Source of the DNA: Lachnospiraceae bacterium
GTDB taxonomy: Bacteria; Bacillota; Clostridia; Lachnospirales; Lachnospiraceae
Length of the DNA stretch: 64,000 nucleotides
Reading direction: 5' to 3'
Assembly: GCA_016280465.1 (NCBI GenBank)
Contig: JAEEGT010000043.1
Coordinates: 985-64,984, forward strand
Shown: positions 29,476 to 38,334 of the stretch, one piece after another
Layout: each line of letters opens with the position of its first letter
Position numbering within the stretch: the first letter of the stretch is position 1
Notes under the pieces: generated by a model
What the model was told of the DNA's origin: nothing
Databases searched by the model: none
The model's input: the letters and a program-made list of their open reading frames with translations, nothing else
Program-made: the position numbers and the translations under genes

Positions 29476-30869
29476 AAAAGGGATATGTAACCGTTTATTT
29501 TACCGTTACCATGGCGATATGCATGTCACTGATAATGGTGATGTTTCGCGGTATCAGGGAAAATGCTTTGAGGATGCGGATAAAGGAAGCTGCCGACATC
29601 TCCGTAAGATCTTCCTTTGGAGAATACCAAAGGACATTGTGGGACAGATACGGACTTATCTTTGTGGATGCGGGATACAACCGCAAGGCGGAATCAATGA
29701 TCATGTCCGAAGAACGCCACAAGGACTGTATGAACCGGAATTTTGAGGAGATGCCGGAAATTCCCTTTTTCGGAAGGGACCTTTTAAAGCTGCAATGCGA
29801 TCTGAGTGAAGCGACAAATGTGAGATTTGCCACGGATCATGACTGCGAGCCCCTGATAAGACAGGGGGCCGGATACATGAAGTATCGCTTCGGTATCGAG
29901 TATGTGACCGGTCTGTATGAATTGGCATCTCAGTGTGCGGACATTGATTTTTCCTCTGTAAGTTTAAAAGATCACATAGATTCCGCACTTTCAAAGCTGG
30001 AGAAGGTAAAAGATTCGGTTGAGATCACGGAGTGGACCGATAAACTCAAAGACGCCGTGCTTGAAGATAAAAACGGGTCGAAAGATCTGGTCCTGTCGTT
30101 GCTTATCAAGGATCATGGGGATATCTCGGCAAAAAAAGTCAGGAAAGAAGCTTTGATCGGTAAAAGGGTCCTCAATAAGGGAAATTGGGAAGGGTATGCA
30201 TCAAACCCGACAGACTCATTACTGTTTAAAGAATACCTGATGAAGAAATGCGGGGACTATCTTGAGCAGAAGCCGGATACTGCACTTGCTTATGAGATCG
30301 AATATCTTATTTGCGGAGCCGATTCTGACAGGGGCAACTTAAGCGGGACGGCGCTGAGGATCCTTTTGCTTCGGGAGGCAGCAAACTTCTATGCCATAAG
30401 CCGTGATCCTTCAAGGATGGAATTGATCCGTGCGGTGTCTGCTCTCATAGCGTTTGTGTTGCTTTCTCCGGAAATAGAGGAGCCTCTCACGGAGATAATA
30501 GTGGCGGCGTGGGCCTATGCGGAGAGCGTTAAAGACCTTCGGGTCCTGTTTTCCGGCGGGAAGGTCCCGCTTATAAAGACGGGATCGGATTTCTACACGG
30601 ATATTATTGGTTCCGTTACGGACCGGGAAGTCAAAGAAAAGGGAATGGATTACAGGGATTATCTGAGAGCTTTTCTTTTTCTTGAGTCGGACCGTGAACT
30701 GGCGAAGCGGTTTGCGGATCTTCTGGAATTGAATGTGAGGGTCGCGGAGGGTAATGATTTCTTCAGACTTGATTTCTGTTTTGATGCCTGGGCCGTGACT
30801 TCCTATGTAACCTCGGAATACAGTTACGATTTTGCGGTAAAAAGATTATACGATGCGGAGGTTGATTAG
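29472..30869 (+). CDS. TadG-like large pseudopilin (DUF5702-like)
   Basis: KKG|YVTVYF prepilin-like N-terminus; EIEYLICG, LREAANF, WAYAES, GGKVPLIK, DYLRAFL motifs. Confidence 0.75.
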   Translation: MKKGYVTVYFTVTMAICMSLIMVMFRGIRENALRMRIKEAADISVRSSFGEYQRTLWDRYGLIFVDAGYNRKAESMIMSEERHKDCMNRNFEEMPEIPFFGRDLLKLQCDLSEATNVRFATDHDCEPLIRQGAGYMKYRFGIEYVTGLYELASQCADIDFSSVSLKDHIDSALSKLEKVKDSVEITEWTDKLKDAVLEDKNGSKDLVLSLLIKDHGDISAKKVRKEALIGKRVLNKGNWEGYASNPTDSLLFKEYLMKKCGDYLEQKPDTALAYEIEYLICGADSDRGNLSGTALRILLLREAANFYAISRDPSRMELIRAVSALIAFVLLSPEIEEPLTEIIVAAWAYAESVKDLRVLFSGGKVPLIKTGSDFYTDIIGSVTDREVKEKGMDYRDYLRAFLFLESDRELAKRFADLLELNVRVAEGNDFFRLDFCFDAWAVTSYVTSEYSYDFAVKRLYDAEVD

Positions 30870-31018
30870 AGGACAAAGGTAATGTTCTTTTCGGGGTTGT
30901 CTATACCCAATTGATTATTAACGATAACAAGCAAATAAAACTATACTACTCTCCCCTAAATCTGAAATTCTGTATTTTCTCCTTCTTCTCCGAAAAGAAC
31001 ATTACCCCTGTCCTCTAA
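30866..31018. repeat. 29-bp inverted repeat (27/29 matches) enclosing a 95-bp AT-rich spacer
   Basis: TTAGAGGACAAAGGTAATGTTCTTTTCGG (30866-30894) vs CCGAAAAGAACATTACCCCTGTCCTCTAA (30990-31018). Confidence 0.95.
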
Positions 31019-31023
31019 AGCAC

Positions 31024-31788
31024 ATGTCCGAAAAAAGAAACGGAAGCGCAACCGTCGAAGCGTTGCTGATCCTTCCCATTCTTATAACTTTTATATTGTC
31101 CGTAAGCTGGCTATTTGATCTTTTTCGTATCCATGCCGAGATCGGGGGTACTCTGAATCGGGTTGGAAACGGTATGGTGACTTTCTCCCATGCCTATGAC
31201 AAATTGCTCGGAGAAAAGACAGCGGGGGACGATCTGGCTGAACTTGCGGCTTCCACAGGCTGGTCGGAGCTCTATCTGAGAAACGAAGTGATGAAGTGCG
31301 GGGCTGCAGCGTACATCCATGATCCGATATTCGGGTTCAGCCGCGTTTTTACAGACGGGGAGATATCACTGACGGTTGTCTATTACGTGAAACCGCCTGT
31401 GTCCATTCCGTTCTTTAAAGGCTTTCTTTTAAAGAACAGTTTTTATTCACGGATGTATGTGGGCTGTAAAGATGAAAACAGGACCGAGGATTGCGTATTT
31501 ATTACAAAGACCGGAAAGGTGTATCACACCGCGAAAGACTGTCGGGCCTTAAAAACAACTGTGATCGGTGTTGCAGCAGGCAAGGTGGGGGAACAGAGAA
31601 ACAAAAGCGGGGCGAAATATTATCCATGTGAGAAATGCGGAAAAAAGCCTTCCGGAGAAACCTTATTCATAACCCCCTACGGAAACAGGTATCATACCGA
31701 TCGAAACTGTTATGAGTTGAACACCACCATTTATGAAATACCGAAAAGTTCTGCGAAAGGAAGAAGAAAATGTTATTTCTGTCCATGA
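31024..31788 (+). CDS. TadE-like pseudopilin with two C-terminal His/Cys metal-binding modules
   Basis: RNG|SATVEALLILP; YHTAKDC...CEKC and YHTDRNC...CYFC. Confidence 0.85.
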   Translation: MSEKRNGSATVEALLILPILITFILSVSWLFDLFRIHAEIGGTLNRVGNGMVTFSHAYDKLLGEKTAGDDLAELAASTGWSELYLRNEVMKCGAAAYIHDPIFGFSRVFTDGEISLTVVYYVKPPVSIPFFKGFLLKNSFYSRMYVGCKDENRTEDCVFITKTGKVYHTAKDCRALKTTVIGVAAGKVGEQRNKSGAKYYPCEKCGKKPSGETLFITPYGNRYHTDRNCYELNTTIYEIPKSSAKGRRKCYFCP

Positions 31789-32228
31789 CGGAGGGAACCG
31801 TGCCCCGGTGGCTCTGGCTTGTACCTCTTGCAATTCTTGTACCCGAGACGGTCTTGGATATCAGAAAGAAAACCGTCATGGTCTTTCCCATTATCCTTGG
31901 AAGTATTACGGGGATCGTCATCAATCTGGCTGCGGGAAACGGTATCATGAAGCTCCTGGCAGGGTGCATACCGGGACTGTTTCTTTTACTGGTGTCTTTG
32001 CTTGCTAAGGACTGCATAGGAAAGGGAGACGGTGAGATCACTGTGATGATCGGTCTGTTTCTCGGCTTTACGGAGACAGTATGGGTGCTTTTCTTTGCCC
32101 TGGTGACAGCCATGGTCTTTTGTCTTGGATTACTTGTCACAAAGAGGGCGGGAAGAAAAAGCAGGATACCCTTTGTCCCCTTTTTGCTTGCGGGAATGAT
32201 CATAAGAGCGGGGACGATCTTATGCTGA
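31785..32228 (+). CDS. A24 prepilin peptidase 2
   Basis: LDIRKKTV, IGKGDG, RIPFVPFL; ATGA overlap with upstream stop (alternative start 31770). Confidence 0.85.
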   Translation: MTEGTVPRWLWLVPLAILVPETVLDIRKKTVMVFPIILGSITGIVINLAAGNGIMKLLAGCIPGLFLLLVSLLAKDCIGKGDGEITVMIGLFLGFTETVWVLFFALVTAMVFCLGLLVTKRAGRKSRIPFVPFLLAGMIIRAGTILC

Positions 32229-32641
32229 GAAAGAACGAGAGCGGCATGTTTACCGTTGAGGCGGCTATTCTGGTTCCATTTCTTTTGATACTGACTTTTT
32301 CCGCCATGTTGTTAGTCATATATTTTTATGACAGGGCCATGGTGGTGCAGGATGTTAACGCTGTTTTTGCGGATATAAGAGCTGGACACAATGAGAGCAC
32401 ACCTTCGGAGCATCCATATATTATACTTGGAGATATGGAGATGGAGGTGCAAAGAAAGGGTGGAAAACTGACGGTCCGCCTGGGCGGAAACTGGGTAAAC
32501 CCTGTTTTCGGAAACAAGAAAAGAAGGATAGAGTACGAAAAGACTGAATGGATGACCGATCCCACGGAAATAATGAGAACGGTGAGAGATCTGACAGAAA
32601 AAGCGGAGGTAATAAATGATACAGACAAAAACGATCCATGA
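32222..32641 (+). CDS. TadE/TadF-like pseudopilin (start moved to ATG 32222)
   Basis: NESG|MFTVEAAILVP plus hydrophobic helix. Confidence 0.85.
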   Translation: MLRKNESGMFTVEAAILVPFLLILTFSAMLLVIYFYDRAMVVQDVNAVFADIRAGHNESTPSEHPYIILGDMEMEVQRKGGKLTVRLGGNWVNPVFGNKKRRIEYEKTEWMTDPTEIMRTVRDLTEKAEVINDTDKNDP

Positions 32642-33356
32642 ACTCAATCATACGTATTTGATAATCACGGGAGACTGTATTGAGAAAACCGATGATTTCA
32701 GATATCGGATGCTTCTTTCAAACTGTATGGAGGGAGTCATCCCCATGCAGATCCGTGTTATAAACGGAGAAAGAGAAGTATATTTCGACATTACGGAGAG
32801 AGAGCCGGCGGCGGAATACTATAAAGGCAGACCTGCGGGAAGGGAGGATATCCGTTTTCTTTTGGAGGCGGTTTTCAGAGTATCTTCAAATATCGAGAAG
32901 TTTCTGATCGATGAGGGAAACCTGATAATGCGTCCGGAACTGATCTATCGAAATGTAAAGACCGGGGGCTTTGAGTTTATCTGTTTTCCCGATAATGACC
33001 GCGAGGAGGGGATAAAAGAAGAGCCTGCAAAAGAACTGATGAGATTTCTCACAGGATGTGTCGACACCGGGGATGAACTTTTGACGGAGTGCATCTATGG
33101 GCTTTACGATATGGCAGCCTTTAAGAATGTGAATTTTGCAACTCTTTATGAGACCTACATGGGAGAAATGAAAGAAACAAAACTGACTAAAGAGAGTCCG
33201 GAAGAAGAACAGCAGGAGAACTGGGAAAGCATTCTTCCACCTGAAAAGGGTCGAAAGATATATATCCCCTCCCTACAAGAGTGGGGAGCGGCTCTCCTGG
33301 GAGTCACCGGAATGGCTCTCATAGGATTAAACCTGTATTCCTCCTTTCTCCATTGA
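32616..33356 (+). CDS. DUF6382-like Tad-associated protein with C-terminal TM helix
   Basis: HTYLI, YRMLLSNCMEG, VYFDIT, FLIDEGNLIMRPELIY motifs; last gene of the tad cluster. Confidence 0.65.
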   Translation: MIQTKTIHELNHTYLIITGDCIEKTDDFRYRMLLSNCMEGVIPMQIRVINGEREVYFDITEREPAAEYYKGRPAGREDIRFLLEAVFRVSSNIEKFLIDEGNLIMRPELIYRNVKTGGFEFICFPDNDREEGIKEEPAKELMRFLTGCVDTGDELLTECIYGLYDMAAFKNVNFATLYETYMGEMKETKLTKESPEEEQQENWESILPPEKGRKIYIPSLQEWGAALLGVTGMALIGLNLYSSFLH

Positions 33357-33402
33357 AAACAGACCCGTCCCTTGATACAATTGTAAACAAAAAGGGACAA
33401 TT

Positions 33403-34464
33403 ATGACTAATAAACTGGAAAACCGCCTTCACAGAGGCAGATATTTTCATATGGGCTTAGAAGAGGGCTTTGAGGATTTTGAGGTATTTGCCGATTTCAT
33501 GGAGCGTCTGGTCAATGTGGTGGTGGTGGTCGATGCCGAGAAATACAGGGCGGAGATGATGGAAGCCTTTAAGCGAAGACTGGTTCCCGCATTGGAAGCT
33601 CAGAACCACTCGGCACATTTTATGATCATTCTGTGCGTCAATGTTAATTCCCCCCATTACATAGAGCAGTATACGGTGGCAAAACAGGTCTGCAACGATA
33701 ACAGTTTTGCCTGGATCTACGAAGAATCCGAGGATAAACTCATAGTATTTGAAACTCAGGCGGAGGAATTTTACGGTCTGAGAAAACTGCTGGAAGCCGA
33801 TGTTGAGGATTACGATGCTGGGGGAGGCAGCGAAAAAGAAGCCCCCGGACTCAAGAAGGATCTTTCTTTTGGAGAGCGCGCCGCTTCAGTGTTTGCCGCG
33901 ATCCCCAAGGCAACAGCGCTTATCGTTCTTTTTAATTTACTGGTTTTCCTGGTGTGTACTTTCACGGGTGAACTGTTATATAATATAGGCGAAGTCGGAT
34001 TGAGCCTTGTGGGGACACCGGATCAGTGGTATCGCATTATCACCTCCATGTTTCTCCATTCCGGTATGAGTCACCTGTTTAACAACATGCTGCTTTTGTG
34101 GTTTGCGGGCGAGATAACCGAGAGAGCCATGGGAAGCCTTCATTATTCTTTTCTGTATTTCGTTTCGGGAATCTGCGGGTGTCTCTTAACTTTCGTAAGC
34201 GAGATCATAAGCGGTAAGAGCGTGGTCATGATCGGTGCCAGCGGAGCGGTTTTCGGAGTGCTTGGCGCATTGCTTGCTCTTGTGATATTTAAGAGAGTGA
34301 AGGGTGCCACCATGAAGGTTCCGAGGATTGCGGTCGTGCTCATACTCAGCATCTATGCCGGCTTTACTGAGACCAATGTCGCCAACTGGGCCCATATCGG
34401 CGGACTTGCGGCAGGGTTTATTTTCGGAATGATATTCTGTCTGGTGAAGAGGAACAGGGAATGA
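33403..34464 (+). CDS. Rhomboid intramembrane serine protease with soluble N-terminal domain
   Basis: WYRIITSMFLH, HLFNNM, GASGAVFG, AHIGG. Confidence 0.93.
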   Translation: MTNKLENRLHRGRYFHMGLEEGFEDFEVFADFMERLVNVVVVVDAEKYRAEMMEAFKRRLVPALEAQNHSAHFMIILCVNVNSPHYIEQYTVAKQVCNDNSFAWIYEESEDKLIVFETQAEEFYGLRKLLEADVEDYDAGGGSEKEAPGLKKDLSFGERAASVFAAIPKATALIVLFNLLVFLVCTFTGELLYNIGEVGLSLVGTPDQWYRIITSMFLHSGMSHLFNNMLLLWFAGEITERAMGSLHYSFLYFVSGICGCLLTFVSEIISGKSVVMIGASGAVFGVLGALLALVIFKRVKGATMKVPRIAVVLILSIYAGFTETNVANWAHIGGLAAGFIFGMIFCLVKRNRE

Positions 34465-35453
34465 AAATCAACATTTATTACGGCGGTCGCGGCTTGATCG
34501 ATGACCCCACGTTATTTGTTATCAATCGTATGCAGAGTGTGCTGGAGGAGCTTCACGTTACGGTGGAGCGGTTTGATCTGCACGAATTAAAGAACACCAT
34601 CACAACCCTTCCGCAGACCATGAAGAATGCTGACGGTATCATTTTGGCGACCACCGTCGAGTGGTACGGTATCGGGGGATATATGCAGACCTTCCTGGAT
34701 GCCTGCTGGCTGTACGGGGATAAAGAAAAGATCAGTAAACTCTATATGTGTCCCGTGGTAATGGCCACAACCTACGGAGAGAGAGAAGGCAAACTCAATC
34801 TTTCCACCGCATGGGAGATCCTGGGCGGTCGTCCCTGCAGCGGAGTCTGCGGCTACATAGAGGATGTTAAGATCCTTGAAGACAACGACGATTATATCAA
34901 GCTTATCGAGCGTAAAGCCGAGAACATGTACAGGACCATCAATCAGAAGGTTCCTGCACTTCCCGCCAGCAACCAGGCGGTAAAACAGAAAGTCTACATG
35001 ACAAAGAACATAGACCTTACTCCCCAGGAGACGGAGCAGCTTTCAAAGTATGCTGCCGATGATGCCTATGTTCAGAGACAGAAGGAAGATATTTCCGAGC
35101 TTACGGCTATGTTTAAGACCATGATGGGAAGTGATGACAAGGAAGATCCCGATGAATTCATCAAGGACTTCGAAGCCGCTTTTCATCCCGAGCCCGGAGT
35201 TGACGCATCATATCTTTTCCATATTTCGGGCAAAAAAATACCCCTCTATATGGTAATAGAGGGGCATGAACTCAAAATGATCTACAAAGAGGCACCCAAG
35301 GTGGATGTTGAGATCACGGTCTCAAAGGAGCGGCTTGAAAGCCTGATCAAAGGCAGCGGCACCTTCCAGCGTGCCTTTATGGCAGGTGAGATGAGCATCA
35401 AGGGTGACTTTAATGCTCTTCGTGAACTGGATAAACTCTTTGTTTTCTCATAA
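34461..35453 (+). CDS. Flavodoxin-like (FMN reductase fold) + SCP2 sterol-carrier domain protein
   Basis: ADGIILATTVEWYGIGGYMQTFLD; C-terminal FQRAFMAGEMSIKGDF SCP2 signature. Confidence 0.75.
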   Translation: MKINIYYGGRGLIDDPTLFVINRMQSVLEELHVTVERFDLHELKNTITTLPQTMKNADGIILATTVEWYGIGGYMQTFLDACWLYGDKEKISKLYMCPVVMATTYGEREGKLNLSTAWEILGGRPCSGVCGYIEDVKILEDNDDYIKLIERKAENMYRTINQKVPALPASNQAVKQKVYMTKNIDLTPQETEQLSKYAADDAYVQRQKEDISELTAMFKTMMGSDDKEDPDEFIKDFEAAFHPEPGVDASYLFHISGKKIPLYMVIEGHELKMIYKEAPKVDVEITVSKERLESLIKGSGTFQRAFMAGEMSIKGDFNALRELDKLFVFS

Positions 35454-36515
35454 AAGCTGATCGTTGATCAGTTTCAGTATCGTCAATATGGGTTGCAGCT
35501 GACCGGATCTGCCCATTGCTTCAAGGTATGACCGGCGGTTGCAATAAACCGTATGTATCGCTTCAAGTAAAGTCTCTTTGTTCAGATCTTCTTCTTTCAA
35601 CACATATGAAAATCCCTGAGCTTCAAATGAAGCTGCATTGAGCAACTGGTCTCCTCTGCTTCCGCTGGTGGGAAGAGGGATCAGTACGTTGGGTTTTTTC
35701 AGCGTCACAAGTTCGCAGATGGCGTTGGCGCCTGCTCTTGAAACCACTATATCCGCAACTGCAAAGGCATCTTTCAATTCTTCGTTAAGGTATTCAAACT
35801 GTTTGTATCCGTTAACAGATTCAAGAGAGGGGTCGAGATTGCCCTTTCCACAAAGATGGAGTATCTGAAAGTCTTTGAGGATATCATCAAGGTTTGAACG
35901 GATCGCGGCATTGATGCTTTTGGCACCCTGACTTCCGCCCATGACCATAAGAACAGGCTTGTATTCCGAAAAACCGCAAAGTGCAAGGCCGTTTTTCATG
36001 GTTCCTTCAAGAAGTTCGGCTCTTATGGGGGTACCCGTGAGAACTGCTTTGTCCTCGGGAAGATACTGCATGGTTTCCGGGAAATTGCAGCATACCTTTT
36101 TTGCCACCGGGATACAAAGTTTATTGGCCAGCCCCGGGGTCATATCGGATTCATGGATTATACAGGGAATGTTTAAAGCCGCAGCGGCTCTGACAACGGG
36201 CACGCTGACAAAACCTCCCTTTGAAAAGACAACGTCCGGTCTGATCTTTTTGAGAAGTCTTTTAGCTTCAAAGAAACCGTTTACGATCCTGAAGGGATCC
36301 GAAAAGTTTTTAAGATCGAAATATCTGCGAAGCTTTCCTGTGGAAACTCCGTAATAAGTCAGACCGCTTTCTTCTGCCAGACGTTTTTCGATGCCGTCCT
36401 TGGAACCGATATAGGTTATCTCAAAGCCGGATTTTTTCAATTCGGGCAGCAGTGCCAGATTTGGAGTAACGTGTCCGGCGGTACCGCCACCGGTCAATAC
36501 GATTTTCTTTGACAT
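35448..36515 (-). CDS. murG: Undecaprenyl-PP-MurNAc-pentapeptide GlcNAc transferase (start moved to ATG 36515)
   Basis: TGGGTAGHV, KGGFVS, HESD, GGSQGA, SRAGA, GDQLLNA. Confidence 0.96.
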   Translation of the reverse strand: MSKKIVLTGGGTAGHVTPNLALLPELKKSGFEITYIGSKDGIEKRLAEESGLTYYGVSTGKLRRYFDLKNFSDPFRIVNGFFEAKRLLKKIRPDVVFSKGGFVSVPVVRAAAALNIPCIIHESDMTPGLANKLCIPVAKKVCCNFPETMQYLPEDKAVLTGTPIRAELLEGTMKNGLALCGFSEYKPVLMVMGGSQGAKSINAAIRSNLDDILKDFQILHLCGKGNLDPSLESVNGYKQFEYLNEELKDAFAVADIVVSRAGANAICELVTLKKPNVLIPLPTSGSRGDQLLNAASFEAQGFSYVLKEEDLNKETLLEAIHTVYCNRRSYLEAMGRSGQLQPILTILKLINDQLL

Positions 36516-36517
36516 GT

Positions 36518-36766
36518 TTATACCTGACCGCTTAAGTAGTTTTCCAGTGCTTTCGAAAGTTGATCGGGGCAGGATGTGGGTCTTGGGCCGCACTTGATTC
36601 CGCGAATTCTTTCAATGGCTTCCTCGACTTTCATACCTTTGATAAGAGCAGTGATACCCTTATGATTTCCGTCGCAGCCGCCGGTGAAACTCACATCGGC
36701 AACCTTGCCGTCAACAACTTCAAAATCTATTCCCACAGCGCAGATACCTGAAGGTTTATAGTGCAT
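36518..36766 (-). CDS. Stand-alone TSCPD-domain protein (TIGR03905-like)
   Basis: GIC, FTGGCDGN, GIKCGPRPTSCPDQL; AGGAGG RBS. Confidence 0.88.
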   Translation of the reverse strand: MHYKPSGICAVGIDFEVVDGKVADVSFTGGCDGNHKGITALIKGMKVEEAIERIRGIKCGPRPTSCPDQLSKALENYLSGQV

Positions 36767-36973
36767 AACGATTCCTCCTTAGAAAATTCTATTACAAAAA
36801 TAAAACAAATCTTTCTTTTTCGCAATAAGTTTGTGAGGCTTGAAAACAGTAATAATCTCTGCTACACTGTTAGCGAATTTGAACAGGTGCCGGAATGAAA
36901 GAACCTGTCGTTACAGAAATCGGGCAAACCGGAAGGCCCGGTTCGGACAAATTCGGATAAACAGGAGGTACAA

Positions 36974-38323
36974 ATGAGCAAAGTAACATTTGACTATTCC
37001 AAGGCTTCGTCCTTTATCGGAAGTCACGAAGTCGACAGCATGAAAAGACAGGCGGAGAGCGCCAAAGAACTGCTTGTATCCAAGACCGGAGCAGGCAACG
37101 ATTTCCTGGGATGGATCGATCTTCCCGAGAATTACGACAAGGATGAGTTTTCAAGAATAAAGAAGGCAGCAGAGAAGATCAAGTCTGATTCCGATGTTCT
37201 TCTTGTTATCGGTATCGGCGGTTCCTACCTCGGTGCCAGAGCTGCGATCGAATTCCTGCGTCACAGTTTTTACAACAGACTCAGCAAGGAGCAGCGTAAG
37301 ACCCCCGAGATCTATTTCGTGGGCAATTCCATCAGCTCGACTTACATCAGACATCTTATGGATGTAATCGGTGACAGAGATTTCTCCATCAACATGATCT
37401 CCAAGTCCGGTACTACAACCGAACCTGCCATCGCTTTCCGTGTATTCAAGAAGATGCTTGAAGAAAAGTACGGCAAAGCAGAGGCTTCCAAGCGTATCTA
37501 TGCTACTACCGACAAGGCTAAGGGTTCTCTTAAGAAAGTTGCCGACGAAGAGGGTTATGAAGAGTTCGTTGTACCCGATGATGTTGGCGGACGTTTCTCC
37601 GTTCTTACCGCAGTAGGACTTCTTCCCATCGCAGTTAGCGGTGCGGATATCGATAAACTTATGGAAGGTGCCAGAAGCGGAAGAAAGAATGCGCTTAACA
37701 ACGCATTTGAAGACAACGATGCTCTTAAGTACGCAGCTATCCGTAATATCCTTCTTCGTAAGGGTAAGCAGATAGAGATCCTTGCAAACTATGAGCCCGC
37801 AGTTCATTATGTTTCGGAATGGTGGAAGCAGTTGTACGGAGAGTCCGAAGGTAAGGACCAGAAGGGAATTTTCCCTGCAAGCGTCGATCTCACCACAGAT
37901 CTTCACTCCATGGGACAGTTTATTCAGGACGGATCCAGAAATCTCTTCGAGACCGTTATCAATATCGAGACATCAAGAGAGGAGATCATCCTTGAAAAAG
38001 AACCCGTTGATCTTGACGGTCTTAACTATCTTGCAGGCAAGAGCGTTGATTTTGTCAACAAGAGCGCAATGAACGGAACCATCCTCGCTCATACCGACGG
38101 TCAGGTTCCCAACCTTATGGTCAATGTTCCCGAAGTAAATGAGTTCTATCTCGGTGAACTGTTCTACTTCTTCGAGTTTGCCTGCGGCGTGAGCGGATAT
38201 ATGCTGGGTGTCAATCCCTTCAATCAGCCCGGTGTCGAGAGCTACAAGAAGAACATGTTCGCTCTTCTCGGAAAGCCCGGTTACGAAGCTCAGAGAGAGG
38301 AACTTTTGAAGAGACTGAAATAA
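36974..38323 (+). CDS. pgi: Glucose-6-phosphate isomerase
   Basis: [43 protein letters not shown]. Confidence 0.97.
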   Translation: MSKVTFDYSKASSFIGSHEVDSMKRQAESAKELLVSKTGAGNDFLGWIDLPENYDKDEFSRIKKAAEKIKSDSDVLLVIGIGGSYLGARAAIEFLRHSFYNRLSKEQRKTPEIYFVGNSISSTYIRHLMDVIGDRDFSINMISKSGTTTEPAIAFRVFKKMLEEKYGKAEASKRIYATTDKAKGSLKKVADEEGYEEFVVPDDVGGRFSVLTAVGLLPIAVSGADIDKLMEGARSGRKNALNNAFEDNDALKYAAIRNILLRKGKQIEILANYEPAVHYVSEWWKQLYGESEGKDQKGIFPASVDLTTDLHSMGQFIQDGSRNLFETVINIETSREEIILEKEPVDLDGLNYLAGKSVDFVNKSAMNGTILAHTDGQVPNLMVNVPEVNEFYLGELFYFFEFACGVSGYMLGVNPFNQPGVESYKKNMFALLGKPGYEAQREELLKRLK

Positions 38324-38334
38324 TCGAAAACCGC

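Noticed and set aside
30866-31018. Reading the Tad IR as a terminator, IS end or CRISPR repeat
   Set aside because: 95-nt loop and no U-tract; no transposase or target duplication seen; two inverted copies only, not a direct-repeat array
36920-36960. GGGCAAACC upstream of pgi resembling the start of a c-di-GMP-I riboswitch
   Set aside because: Lacks the GNRA-capped P2, the following GACGCAAAG and P3; only a short hairpin
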